A stretch of DNA of 64,000 bases from Utricularia gibba (taxonomy: Eukaryota > Plantae > Magnoliophyta). Each line of letters begins with the position of its first letter. Position 1 is the stretch's first letter. The notes beneath the pieces were generated by a model. The model saw only the letters and a program-made list of their open reading frames with translations, did not search any database and was not told the origin of the DNA. The DNA is taken from NCBI GenBank assembly GCA_002189035.1, contig CM007990.1, positions 1,860,001-1,924,000 on the forward strand, given 5' to 3'. Made by a program: the position numbers and the translations under genes. Shown one piece after another: positions 1 through 14,169 of this stretch.

Positions 1-2784
1 GGGCGCAGCAGCAATGGAGCCATGCAAGCAGCAACAGCTGATGCAGTCATTCGGTTTTCATGTGCATGAGAAGAAATTGTATGCATCATCTTCAGTAGTC
101 TAGCAATCACACACGGGAGCATAAAAGAAGTGATATGAATTCGTATAGCAACCAACACTTGAGTTTATAAGCTCACCCAGTTGGTTAATCAAAAACACAA
201 AAGGAATTCCTACTATTTCTAATATAATAAAAAAACTATTTCAAATAAATATATCACTTAGACCAGGCTACCATTTTCTATACCTCTGTAGGAGGCGTCT
301 ATTTGGTTCAGGAAATGCCTCCTGTATGATAGAGCCCATAGCATTTACTCGGGCTTCCATTTGGTCAATTTCTGCTTAAGAAAACCAGGAAGAAACCATA
401 TCATCAAAACCCAGGTAAGCTAATGATGTGAACTCCAGGAAGTATGCAAGGAGAAAAAGAGCATACTGTATGCCTCCAGTAATGCGGTACAGCAAGACAC
501 AGGAACTGGAGATGAAGGCAGCTCTCGAAGAACATGCTGGAGAAGGGACAAGCCAAAAGCCCGTTTATAAAGGAAAGTGCAAGAAAACGTATTTGATATT
601 TACGCTAACCTTGACACAGTCTCCAATGACATGAGCATCCTCATCTGCACCAAACTCGGTCTTGCCTACAATCCAGAAACTTTCAAGGGTCAGTGCTTTC
701 TATCCACTGTAAGGAAGTCAACAGACACAGCATGCAAGGAAGCCTTAGGTGAATGCCCGTTCATGCAACGTTCACACCTTAAATGTCAAATGTTTCTTAT
801 AATTTTCAATAAAAATTGAATGAAAGTATTGCTGAATTCTTGAAGCATGGCCATGGCAACCAATAATAATATGCATACCTACAGGAGCTTGCTTATTTTA
901 AACTATCTGTTTTGCCGTAAATCTTATTCTTTAATGGTGAATACTCTAGCAAATTTAAATACTTAATTTCAATAACAGGTAAAATATGTAGCATGCTCAT
1001 GGATTAAAATAGCAAGTCAAGGTTACGGTATTAGCAGAAGAATCAGTAAACGCATGAGAAAAAGGAGCACCTTGTTCATATTCTTGAACTCTACGAAGCA
1101 CTTCCTCAACATCAGCAGCTTGTCGAAGAATTCCTTCCACATTGATACCTGTTGCATATTCAGTGTTAACATGAAGGAACACTTACATTAAGAGTGGATT
1201 AAGGCTATCTTGAACTTTAATAGGAAGCATGTAGCATCTTCCAGACAAGGAACAATAAAAAAACTAACCATGTGCCTCTAGAAACCGGAGTGCTTTTTCA
1301 AGGAACGATGGGCCTCCATCTATATCCTCTAACGCAAGCAAAATTGGACGCCCAAGAACCAAAGACTTGACAGATTTTCTCTCTCTCCCTAGATAAGGAG
1401 ATAAGGATAATACACAAAAAAATTTGGTAAAGAAAAACGTGCTTGGTTGGAAGCAAACAGGATTAGAATTGCTACACACATTGATGGAATGAGATCTCAT
1501 CATTTGAGTCGCTTCTCAGAATCCCATGGTGCCCCATAACAAGAGCAGCATTTGGTGCTTGTGCGAGGGCATTCTGCAGCGCTATCTTCCACTCATACAA
1601 ATCACCAGATGTCTCAGCCTGAATTTCAAGCAAAAATTATCCAGAAATGTTAAAACACAAATCAAAACCATCCTTAATAGCATCCATGGGTTGAAAAGAC
1701 GAAAATCATATCGGTGAATTCCTCACCTTAAGAGTAAATGCTCGCCCATCACGACCATCAGGGAATAAGACAGTAAGTAATTTTTTGTCCTCCCTAACAA
1801 TAACACTATACACAGCAGGAAACACAATTGTTTCAAGAGAACTAATCAAAAGCTGTTAAAAGAAGAGAAGTGGGGATTTTGCTAGTACCTCCCAGAATTA
1901 TTTAGATCAATTCCACCAAGGGTCAAATTTACTTCACCACCACGCTGAGAAATTGCGCTCTGTAGAACATAATGATTTTAAAGATTATTAACAAGTGATG
2001 TCAGAGGAGAATTCAGGACGGCAAATCAAAAACTGTGTTGTAAATGAAACTAACAGGATCATTCTTGAAAAAAACCAGCGAAGTACGTGTAAGGATGAAC
2101 CATCGCTTCCTCCAGGATTTCCAACCCAACCCTGGAACAATTGCCAGTTAAGGAATATGTTTCAGGAATTCATTAAGCTGAGCAGTTCCTTGAACACAAA
2201 ATGCGATTTGAAATAATAAGTATCGAGAGAACCGCAGTCCCAATGTAAAACAACTCATGTTACATCCAAAAATCTAGTATCAAACACAATTTTGTAAAGA
2301 GATCAACTACCCTATGCAGATAAAAAAAAAAATCCCAACTTTGGATGCAAACAACAACCTCATGAGATTCTGCAATAAACATTTGTGCACTGATAAAAGG
2401 TAAGTTCTTCCTCAAGTACTCTTATCACTGAACATGCAGAAGAGATACAACATAATCGATCCCAAAAACTCAGTCAATAGGCGCTGACCTTTTGAAGATA
2501 TGAGGAGATGCCCGCTCTTGAAAATCTGTAAGCAAGAACCACATTAAGGAGGAAGCAATTCGGAAGAACAAAAAACCTCCTAACTGAATCCCATCTACTC
2601 GATTACATAGAAAATGAATATTTGGCTACAAAACAACTCTTATGATTTTTCCCCATCTTCCACCTCACCCCACAGCAACCAATAACTGAAGATAAACTCG
2701 ATATGAAATAGGAGCACTGAATCAAAATACCGTGTTTGAGTTTCCTATGCGTGGGCGCTCAAATGCGGAAAGAGACTCCGCCAT
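1..2784 (-). CDS. ROPGAP7: PH-domain Rho GTPase-activating protein (RopGAP7/PHGAP/REN family), multi-exon; 3' part runs off the window start
   Basis: Spliced by hand with GT-AG introns. ATG at 2784. Exon 2784-2731 MAESLSAFERPRIGNSNT; 2525-2489 IFKSGHLLISSK; then PH domain GLGWKSWRKRWFILTRTSLVFFKNDP, QRGGEVNLTLGGIDLNNSG, VIVREDKKLLTVLFPDGRDGRAFTLK, AETSGDLYEWKIALQNALAQAP. RhoGAP domain follows: KSLVLGRPILLALEDIDGGPSFLEKAL, GINVEGILRQAADVEEV, EDAHVIGDCVK, HVLRELPSSPVP, FPEPNRRLLQR, ENRMTASAVAACMAPLLLRP. Confidence 0.93.
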
Positions 2785-4912
2785 TCTGCTGTCTTCCTCT
2801 TCAGACGCGAATCAACATCACATCAGGCTGCTAAACCCCGGGTTAGACACAACGTAAGGCAGAAGATCTGGGCAATGGCTACAGACTGTAACCAAAACTG
2901 CCCAGCGGCGCTTTCTTCCTTTCCCCCCTTTCGCTTTTTCAATAGAATATGGGTAGACGAAAACAAAAACAAAAACATAAAAAAAGGCTCCAATCAACCA
3001 AAACCAGCACTTTTCCCAGGAACACAAAAACCTTTCTTGTAAGTTACTACAGGGATTATTCGAATGTGGGGTTTGGGGTTTGTGGGTTTGGTGCAGCAAC
3101 TGTTCCTGCGGGAAGCATTATTATCGACGACTAGGAGTTTTGAAACTAAACAAGCTCCGCCATCCACATGTGCAGTGCTAGTGCGTTGGATCCTCCACTC
3201 CCATGTGCCCATAAAACCTCCAAAAAAAGCATTTTTAGATTTTATTACAACGGTTGAGCTGAACCTTTAAAAGCCCAATTACTGTCTCAAGTTTAGGTCG
3301 CCATCGCTGCCACAACCAAACCCATTGCTCTGTGCTTACAACTTCCTTCCGTCGGCTTTGAATTTTAACTGAACACCAAAATGGAAGACGCTAACAAAAC
3401 ATTCGTGTGCTCGTACTAAAAATCTGTTCAATTAACAAGAATCCTTAAAAAGAAATGCTACATTTTAGAAATGTAAAATATAGCATTTCCTTTGTTTTTA
3501 ATAAACAAGTTTAAAACCATTTTTAATTTGAATTGTGAATTTAATTTACCAAATACTCATATCAAATACAAGATAAGATTCAAAACTATGTAGCAAACAT
3601 ACACAAAACAAAAGGAAAAAAATTATTTGGTATTTCCAATGTGCATGTGCTCTCAACCCCACTTCATTTCTTGCTTGAATTTACTGTAAAAAGAAAAAAA
3701 AATGTTATTTGATGCAGTGGAACCACCATACCATCCAGGAGAGAGTGAATAGTGAATACTGAAAGCCTTCCCAACCACACGACCTTCAAGTTTCAATTTT
3801 GAATTTAATTCACATTATAAAACAAATTGATTTGATTCATGGAGGGAGGTGTGTATGCTCATTATAAGCTATCGCATTTTTCATGTTATTTTTCAATGTC
3901 TAATATATCATCATTCACATTTTGTTGCTTCAGACACTCAATTCTAATCATTTTATGCTTTTTTTCTTTTGATAAAAAGATTTAATACAAGATTAAGAAA
4001 GTTTATTTATTTAAACGCATTTCTTCTTGCGCCTATAATCAATGTGATATACTATCGTTCAATCCCTAATCTTACATAATATCTCACTTTTTCTAATATC
4101 AAGTGTCCCAACCCTTTCCTAATTTTAAAATTAAGACGACCTCCATTCTTTTAACATTACATAAACTTACTCATGTCATGGTGTTGCGATCGGAAAAATT
4201 CGCGTCAAAATTAATCAATTTTTGTAGAATTTAAGTTGGTGTTCTTGAGGGAATAAAAATAATAAAAAAGTAAAAATGCTAATTTCGAAAAAAAGAAATC
4301 CATCAAGGAAAAGATGGTCCGAGGTTGGCCTTGGTGGAGTTCTTATGACGCTCACTCAAGACTCATTTTGCATGATACTCCTATTTTTCTCATGTATTTG
4401 TGGTTTACATTTGTTAGCATTTTTTATTAATAATTTATCTTACTTATCCATCTTCTTAATAATTATTATATTTTTATTATTAATTTAAGAAGCACAATAT
4501 GAATAAATTAAATTATAATGTTTTTTAAATTAGATTCTTATAATATCCCTCTCACACCCTTTTTTAAAATATTATATTTTCAACTCTCGATAATGCTCTG
4601 TGACATGTGAAAGAGTATGATGGTTGTTGCCATACCTCTTTCTCGATCCTAAGCTTGACAAGTAACGTAGCATATGTATACACGATAACATTTGATCACG
4701 TTTATTACACTATTTTGTAAAGTAAAACAAATAAACTATTTTTCTAGAAAAATAAATTGTTTCACATAAACATTAAATATCCATATAGAATGACCCAAAT
4801 TCAAACAAATTTTGTTTCGAAAAAACATAAATTCAGAAGCATATAGAATACCAAGTTTATTACAAGGGGAAAAATAAAAGAGAAAGAAATAAGGAAAGTA
4901 GGCGGTCCAAAT

Positions 4913-4930
4913 GGGTTGGGTTGGGTTGGG
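4913..4930 (+). repeat. (GGGTT)3GGG microsatellite, potential G-quadruplex
   Basis: Sequence gggttgggttgggttggg: four G3 tracts with 2-nt loops. Confidence 0.6.
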
Positions 4931-7900
4931 TACGATGTTTAAATGTAGAGATCTCCTCGTCCTCCTCCGGTCAACACTTTTTGATGCGTCAGTGTCGGCC
5001 GAGTCCATCACAATTAAATTCCTGGCGACTCCTTTCCATCCACCCCGAAGCCGTGTCCGACTCGAGGTCAAACATATGGATGGCCTGGGCAGGGCGTTGT
5101 ATGTATTCAAACACTTTGAATGGTACAAAAGGGACGTCATTCATTACTATAAATACATGTGACTGAGCTACTCGGTATTCTACTCATGGAACATGGCGCC
5201 CGCATCACAACCTGCATTTTCGTTTCAATTTAAATATAATAGGCATAAAAATGTGTGGGGAAGGTGAAATTGTGTCAAAAATCCGAATTTTAACATTATG
5301 GTAAAATTAATTTCTACTATTTAACATAAATTACATATTTAGTGTCCATTAGCAAAATGGATCTTCAAAGTTTTCTGTACACTAAAAATAATTAATTTCA
5401 CTACGTTTGAATATTCAGGACAATTAGTCCTCATTACGTAAAAACTAGACAAAACTATTATATGTTTCAATATTTGACATGTTTAGTCTCTAATCAAATT
5501 GATATTATAAGTTACTATTGTTTGATTTTTTAACACATATAGTCTCCAACTATTTATAATTTTGACAAAGTTTGTCCCCAATATAAAAGCCCTTTCTTCA
5601 AAAAAATCTACCTGATAACACATATTTTATAAGTGTTTTTATCTTATAAAATTAGGATGTTTAATAATAAGATTAGATGTTTTAATTATGATTTTTTAAT
5701 ATTTTATTAAATTTTAGTATTATTTGTATTTTATATACATTATGATTTTAAATATTTTTAAGTGTTAGTAATAATATTATGGATCAAATTTAGTTAGTTA
5801 GATTATATAAAGTCAATAAGAGACAGCACTTAAAAAGGGCATATGATGGATTGATTCAACTATCCGCACCCTCTAGATATAGGTCACGAGAAGCACATAT
5901 GTCAGAAATAATAATATATTTTAAAAATAAAAAAGAACAAAAAGGAGGACAAAAATATCTTTTGGGAAGAAGTAAACGAGAATCCATGAAGGGGAGAAGA
6001 GAAGGCGGTTTAGAAGGAAATTTTAGGTAGGAGCTCTCCAACGTTGAACCTACCTCCATGCTATTGTTCCAAGCCGGGAACAATACTTGATGGAGAATCT
6101 AAAACTGAATATTTTTTTCTTCATGCATTGTGAATGTTTAATATTAATTGTTTTACTTTCAAAATTGTGACTATGAATATGCAATTACTTTTAATTTATA
6201 TAGTTGATTTGCTTAGGTTATTTAGGAGTGACAAAGGTAGTTATCGTGCCTTGGAGAATAAAATAAGAATGTATATAGTTTTGGCTTAGGGTCTGAACAG
6301 AATGTTAATGTGTTTTTTCTCAATATTCCAGAATAGATTCAAGAGGAGTAAAACAGAACACCCAATTTAGAGGTATACTAAAGGGTTGGGATATGCATAC
6401 ATATGTAGGTTTTTTTGGGTTAAGATCAGTAGGATCGGATAAATATAGTCTTATTTACCTTACAAAATGATATATCTAAATAGAAGGTAGTCTAAAAAAC
6501 TTAAGAAAATTGAAATCGAAAAATCATGAAGTTATTCGTGATAGACCTAAATAATCTTGGGTTAGTTAATATTCTTTAGTTTTAAGATTAAAGGTCAAAT
6601 TAGCACACTTTCTTGAAATTACTGAGGTACCTATGTTTTATTTCTATTTAACTTAATTTTTAGTGTTTGTTTTTGTTGATTTTTGTAATTTTGTATTTTA
6701 TTGTTTGTTCAACATTAGTTTTAAATTAGACCTTAAATTAAAATTATTTTATTACTTTACATTCTATTTTCATAAAACAAACATCAATTTCTTGTGTTCG
6801 ATCTTAAAACTCATTATACATTTCATGTTGAATTTGTATTTTATGAGAATTAGAAATTAAAAATTTATTTGATACAAAAATTTATTTTTTCACAATAATT
6901 ATGAAATCTTCATTCATCAAATTGGTGCCACTGCTGAAGAGCTATATTTAATGGTTTTGTGACTTTGTTAATGCGTTTATGTTTTTAAGGTGTAAATGAT
7001 CTTGATTTCGATCTTGAATTCGAGAGGGCTACTAAGAGAAATGAAAAAAGGTAAGATAAATGGCTAAGTTGAGGAAACTCCTGATGTGAAGCAAACTGAT
7101 TTCATAATGGTTGACCTTGATAAAATTTTGAATGCACTAAGTGTTGTTGATCACATATTAAGTGTCATTTTGGTACTATATTTTAGATCATTTTTTATGT
7201 CTAAATGTAATAAGAGTTGTTTAATTGTGGATTTATAATATAAGCTTCAGTTTTTATTTAAATTAGGATAATTATCTTATTTAATATGTTTTATCTAATG
7301 TTTTAATTTAGGTTTGTTGAAGTTTGTTAGAAACAAACATTTGGTCGGAAGAGGAAAAAAGATTGATCACATAGTGATAAAATAAATTGTTTCAAAGTGA
7401 CATTCCCCTTGATTTCCAGAAGATTGTAGATGTCTAATAATGATTCTTAATATACAGTACATGAGAGCTTCTGATTGAAGAAATCATGATGGTGTTAGTG
7501 TCAAAGCAGTAGGTTTCTTGCAAATCACTCAAAATCACAGTAGAATTAGGAGGGCATGAAATTACAGAAGGTAATTCAAACTTTAATTTTAGTTTTAGTT
7601 GGACTTTGTTTATTTCACTAGAGTATTTTTTTTCTTGCTTCTCTTTAAAATTTTGCTTTCGTTTTCCTATTTTGTATGGTCTTTCACCATTATAAACCTT
7701 TGTTTTTAGTTGAGAGACTCCCAATTTTACGTTTCTTTAGTTAACTACCACTTCTTTAAATTTGATTGGATTTCATATGTCTCCACACGATTACATTACA
7801 ATTTTTCTATAATGATCCATTATTCAAAATTCATAATTAGCTGACCACAAGCTATGAGTTTTGAAAATGAGTAAAGTGGAAGTGACTAACTCATACATTT

Positions 7901-9469
7901 TTGGTTTGAGAGTGATAACGTTTTGTTTGTGACCATATTTCAGAATTAATGGACAAATAGTGATTTCATATATAAACTCATTGGATCATTGTGTTAATTT
8001 CTATTATTTGTCTTATGGTTTTTTTTTTACTCAAGTTTCATCATTTATATTTTGACTGTCTTTTTCTTTTACTAATCCATTTACAAATCTTGATAATTGT
8101 AATCGATGTAAATTTCATCATTCTTTTGAAAATCAATTCTTTATCTTTGATATCCGTATTACGTATTTTGTGAATTAAAATCTTTTAAAATTTATTATGG
8201 AACGATATACATCATCACACTTACAGAGGTTTTTTTGCATTAGATTTCCAAGTGATACAACTAATGAGCTCAAGCCAACTATAATAAACTTTATTTTCAT
8301 TAGTTGCCAACATAAAAACCCTTTCTTAAAGAACTCTACCCGCTTCTCATGTCGTTGTCGTGCCACCGTCACTCTGTCCCCGCTCCATTTTATGCATTTT
8401 TGCTAAGGACATAACCCATGGCCTGCCAATCGTTGCACCACCCCCATTGCTCGATCATGGGTTGGGCTTCATCCGGGCCACCCCGATGGTCCAATTCAAT
8501 TCTGCCTAGTATAACTCAGTTCATCTCAAGCTCATTTATCACCAGTCCAATCCAATTATACCTAATAAGATTCAAAAACATGTTTATACTTTAATATTAA
8601 ATTTATATGTAATAAAAAATATCAGAATTATAATTTCTAAATAAACAAACTTTATAGTTCAAAAGTATTCTGATAGATAATTTTGTATTAGTTGAATTTT
8701 TATGTTATATTAATCATAGAAAATGAGTTAATAGTAATGATTATTTTCTTAAAGTATATAAGCACATACTATTGGTTTATTATTATATTTAACAGTTTCA
8801 TCAATTATATATATTATCATAATGTGTGAGTATTTTATGAACTATAAAATAATAATTCGTGCGCTAGTATATAAATTGCAACAATGTACATAAAAGAATA
8901 TGGTTCAAACTCATCTCATTTTATGTTTTGTAGACGGCACTCATATTTAATTATTTTCATGAGGTATTTTTTTTAGTAGGAGCGAGAGGGGTAAAGTGAG
9001 AGGAACTTGTTGCACATGAAAAGAGGTTATATCCGAAGTTTGAGTTAGGGAACTGGAAGAACGAACCCAACATTTCAAGAATAATATTTAGAGCGAAAGT
9101 AACAGAAGTCCATTTCTAGGAAATGACACGGAACTACAATACTTAGATCAGGAAAAAGAGGCATCCTTGTGCACTAAAGGGGAGGTAAGAAGATAAAGAA
9201 AGAGATGCTTACTTAGATGCATTTTTTCCTAAGAAGAATTTAGAACAAGAGTCATCCAATTAATAGTATAGAATAAGAGTTTTATACATTTTCTTAGATA
9301 AATATTTTTTTAATATCACATTTTTATTCACTGTTAAGTGTATAGCTGAAGAAATGTGTATGATGGATATTTAAAAACATGGCACCATTTTATAACAACA
9401 AAAGAGAGTAGAAAACTATAAAATACATATCTTATATGATTTCTCATATCTCTGAATCGGTATCAACTT

Positions 9470-9900
9470 CCCTAAGGAAGTTGCTTCATTTGTACTCAAA
9501 CTTGGGATTATCAATCTTTTTTCTGAGTTTCATGGAAATCAAAAGGAATATGCACATGAACACTTACATGCATGCATATCACTTGGTGCTACTGTGATAT
9601 CTAAGTATGTCACAGGAACTAACATGTTCTTGAGTGTTTTTCAACTCAAAATAGAAGGTACTACAAAAGAATGATTTAACTCTCTACAATCTGTAAGTAT
9701 AGAAAGCTAGACGGAGATAAACACATTTTTTGAACAAATATTTCCATTCACCAAGGTGAAAGAAGTGAGAAGAAGGATTGAGGATATCTATCATTTTATG
9801 AGAGATCCATTTTATGAATATTGAGATAAATTCAATAAATTGCTTGCAAGTTGCCAATATCATAAATACAAGAAGTACACTGATAAACGAAAAATTTGTA
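9470..9900 (+). mobile_element. Degenerate Ty3/gypsy (Athila-like) gag fragment
   Basis: Interrupted translation FVLKLGIINL..EFHGNQKEYAHEHL...FPFTKVKEVRRRIEDI...FYEY*DKFNKLLASCQYHK resembles Athila gag; stops and frameshifts present. Boundaries approximate. Confidence 0.65.
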
Positions 9901-12488
9901 ATGTTGTTAGAATGTAAATTCACATATCAAATAAAATTTATACACTTAATTTACATCCAATCATTTGACAAATATGAGTATAGTAGATTAGAATCAAACA
10001 CAAGAAACTATATATTTATTATATAAAGGTTGATGCATTTTGTTTTTATCATGATTGAAAATTTTAATCTAAGTTAGAACTAATAATTTCACAACAATTT
10101 GTAGAAAGACAGTAAATGAATAAAATTAATCAAGGTGATGCTTTGGGACTTTCAGGAACTACATGCTTATCACTAAAATAATTTTACCTAAACTACAAAT
10201 CATACATCTAACAAATAAAAGTCTAGGTCCACCAAAACTATTGTTTTCTCTTAATCTTTGATCTATTTCTAATTAAGGTTGTTAAGATGAGTGTCACTAC
10301 CTCTCTTTTAGATATATCTTGATTTTTTAAGGAAGTGTTGTAATTTATGACTAAGAAGATCAAAAGAGTGATTTGCACACTATCCCTTCTTTTGATCCCA
10401 AGGTACTTCTAAGTGTTTAACTACTCATACTATGGTAAAATATAACACTTTCATAACATAATGATCAAAATATGTTAGTATCACAATGCAACAACAAGGA
10501 AAAAAAAGATAAACAGAAATATAAATCATAAATAGTTTGTACAGAAAATTAAAACTACTTTCGATTAAGAGTAGTATTTCTGATAAACAAAGGGAAATTA
10601 AATGTAAGCTTAGTTCTTCGTTTACTCTTCTTCATTCTCCATGATTCTGTTACGATTTCCTTTTGGATCTCCTCCTCAGAATTGTGGTGTATTCTCCAAT
10701 GAGGAGATATTTTTATCTTCCTTCATTATACCAAAAATCCTCTTTTTGATCTACTAGGGATTTTATATTTCTCTTTCTTTTCTTTTGTATCCCTTTTCAT
10801 GGTGTCTCCACTATACACTTTTCAACATATTAAAATTTACATTACTGACAGATGCAGCATTATTTAAGAAAACAATTAGAATTAAGATTGAGGCTAAATT
10901 AGATTTAATCTCAATTAAGAATAAAAGATGTAAAGAGTAATACTAATCACAAAAATACAGAAATAACAATAAAATTTGAGTTTTGTAGCAAAATATTAAT
11001 TATTTTTATATTTTTAAATACTCCAAAATATGTGTTATCATACACTTAGATTAAATTTTTTTTGGAAGAAAACTACCACATATGAGGACTCAATTGGATA
11101 TTTTCATAGGAGAAAGCATGAGGATGCTCACTCTTGTTTTTTTGGTGTTTGAGGTTTATGTAGGAGGATAATATAGAAAGGAGGCTTAGTGTTTTAATTG
11201 TGATAAGAAAACAAGACATTATGACCCTTGATAGCATTCTATGAATTATATTTTGGCCATGATACATTTGGTTCCTGTTGAGAAAATTGAACTCCATTTT
11301 ATTTATGGAACACAAATATTGAAAAAATTAGTTCTCAAAGTTTTAAACCCTAGGTATTTTTAATCTTCATTGTTTGAATATCAAGATATTTGGTATCTAA
11401 TATTTAAAAATCAGGTACTATTAATCCACAATATTTGAATATTTGGTATAATTGATTGTTAAATTGAATATTTTGGTGTAATTGGTTCATAATATATTTC
11501 AACTTAGGAAAAATTGATCCTCAATTGAGGAAATCAATTCTACCACCTCTCTAACCCATTGATGACCTCTTTGTCATTGTCGGTTTGTTGCCCTTGGTTG
11601 CCATCATAGCCTTGCTACTCTTCCCAATCCATCCAAGATGCCGCCAATTCTTTCTCATTGCAAAGTAGCATTTTCCCTCTTTGGTTATTATTGCTAGATG
11701 ATAAGCAACAAGATATGTTTTTTAAACTAATAATATAGCAATAACAAATCACAATAATGATAATAAAATCTATTTACATTCAGCTTTCGTTATTCTTGCT
11801 AGAAGATTGTAATTTTATTGAGGTCGCCCATAGTTATGTGCCAAACATGATATCTCCATTGGGTCATTTGGTATTTGTTGCTATAATTTCTAATGTAAAC
11901 TATGTCAACTTCATTTGTTATGCAGGATAAAAAATAATCTAAGATAATGAAATAAGATGTATCTGATAAATTTAGTTACAAAATAAGAATAGCCTTTAGG
12001 TTCATGTACATTTGGAACTTATTATATGAATCATACAAAAAAAAAGAAACAATGTAATAGTACCCACACTCCAACGATTTAGGTTGTCATAGGACATGTA
12101 AAAAATAACATTATATTCTATACATCTATACATATTACTAATATGTAATACATATGTTTACAAAATTAATATCAATTTTGAGATGATTGTTTACAAATTG
12201 TGGTAAAATGACCATCATATTTTAGTAAATTGATCAATTTGGCAGTTTTGACATGCTAAATAGTAAAATCAGTACAATTGTTATACTAAAATTATAGTTT
12301 CAAACACATCATATTCATGTATTGTTGTAATTGGTATATATTATTTTACTAAAATTCTAGTTTTGACCAATAATAATTTCAAATCTCTATTGCGTTAAAC
12401 AAAAACACGTCACATAGAATTGATTGAGATGCTAGATAAAATCAATAATAGATTTTCCATATGATTTTTTTTTCATTAGTAGACAAAA

Positions 12489-12769
12489 TGTCATGACCCC
12501 AGCTATTCACCCCTCTACGACGATCAATCCAACAGACCCAATCAAGTTCTAATTAAAAAGAAAACCAAAGAAGGATGGGCTCAAAGAAGATGAAGCCCAA
12601 AAAGAAAACTTCTTAAGGCAAGATGAATGTTATTTGTAGAACCTATGTTATCTTGCCTGTTGTTTACTTAATCTAGGACTAAACTGTTTTATAAGGAATA
12701 TCTATTATAAAAGGGTATGTTTACACCCCCTCTTGTGAGACTAATGGCATTGAGTATTTTTTTGCTTCT
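12489..12769 (+). mobile_element. LTR fragment of the same family as the LTR at 29825
   Basis: Begins TGTCATGACCCC; the first ~110 bp align by eye with 29825-29930 (…ttcaccc…gatcaatccaa…ccaatcaag…aaaccaaagaagg). Confidence 0.6.
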
Positions 12770-14166
12770 TGATAAACGGAAATTTCCTAATATCGTTGCA
12801 ATAAAAATAGAAAATACGTATCAAATAAATTTATAATCCCTAATCCTCATAAAATACAAATTAAACTGAAAATGCATAGTAGAATTCGGGGTCGATCACA
12901 AGGAGTTTGTGCTTGTCTTGTATTTCAGCAAATGCAGAATTCAAAGTAGGTAAGTCTTAGTCTAAGCTCGGAACAACATTTGTAAACAACTTCGGTATAC
13001 AAGATCAATAAACGGTATCAGGTCTTAACGCTAAAGTAACAAGTACTGGTTCTAACTCAGAATAATACTAACGTGCCTTAAGGATCTACAGGTGGTGTGT
13101 GCCAAAATTCCTAATTTAATCTACCATGTTCCTATACTCATAACTTCAAATAACCTAAGTCTACCCAGGTCATTCACCATATTTTCGGCTAAGTTAGTCC
13201 TCCATATCATCACCAACCTTACAATTAGGTCCACCCGCATGCAAAACATATAGAACTAGGTCTACCCGGTTCTACTGATTCTACCCCGGACTAACACTTA
13301 TTGCTCCCGTCTTGACTTGTTGGTCTACCTCTAAATCAAGCATCTAAGTTGTGAAGCTACTTGTTCCCCCTCCTTAGGTCTACCCATAGTTTGATATAAA
13401 CAAGAACTAAGAAACTAAGGTCAATTTTACTAAAACTTCTAGACCCACACCACCATGTTTCACCTTAAGGCACTCTTAGGGTTTAGCTACTCATGCTTTG
13501 AAGGTAAAACATGATCACATTAACATAAAGCAACGAAAACGTCAAAAACATCGTGAAAGAGTTGGTTGCAGAAACTGAAAACATCAACAAACGAAAATAA
13601 AGCAATAAGAGTCCTGGTTTCCGTCTGCTACTGTTCCCTAGCCGGAACAGTAGCGCTGGACTGGGCTCTTATGCTGTTCTTGAGGATGAAGATCTTCTTC
13701 TCCTCTCCTGATTCAGTACTCGTCGTGTCAGGGGAGAAGCCCCCTCCTTGGGTCTGCCCTCTTTCCCTCCTTCTCTTCTCTCCAAAAATATCTTCACATT
13801 TTTTTTTCCATTTTTCAAAATCAGTCCACTGTTTCTGACATTCATACTGTTCCTGGCGTGAACCTGCAGATTGTAGGCGGCTGAATATTAATCATGTCTC
13901 CTCCTTGTGTCTTGTGCCCCTTCTTCCAAATCTCCACATGCACGAAATTCATGTATCCTCCCTAATTTTAGAACTTTGCTGCTGGATTAGAAAAATGTTA
14001 ATAACATGCGATGGGCTAAATCCTTTGATTTAGCCCATTAACACATAAAATCGCATTATGTCCTAAAATTTGGTGAAAATACTAAAAACTATAAGATAAA
14101 CACTTCAAACATGATTCAAAAGTATAATTTTCTTATTCTAATAATAGGAAAATTCGTGTGTTATCA
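12770..14166 (-). mobile_element. ~1.4-kb Athila-like LTR
   Basis: Termini TGATAA...TTATCA with an extended imperfect inverted repeat (gaaatttccta / gaattttccta); internal AGGTCTACCC subrepeats at ~13158-13385; GGGTCGATCACAAGGAG motif. No target-site duplication (cttct vs cacta). Confidence 0.65.
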
Positions 14167-14169
14167 CAC

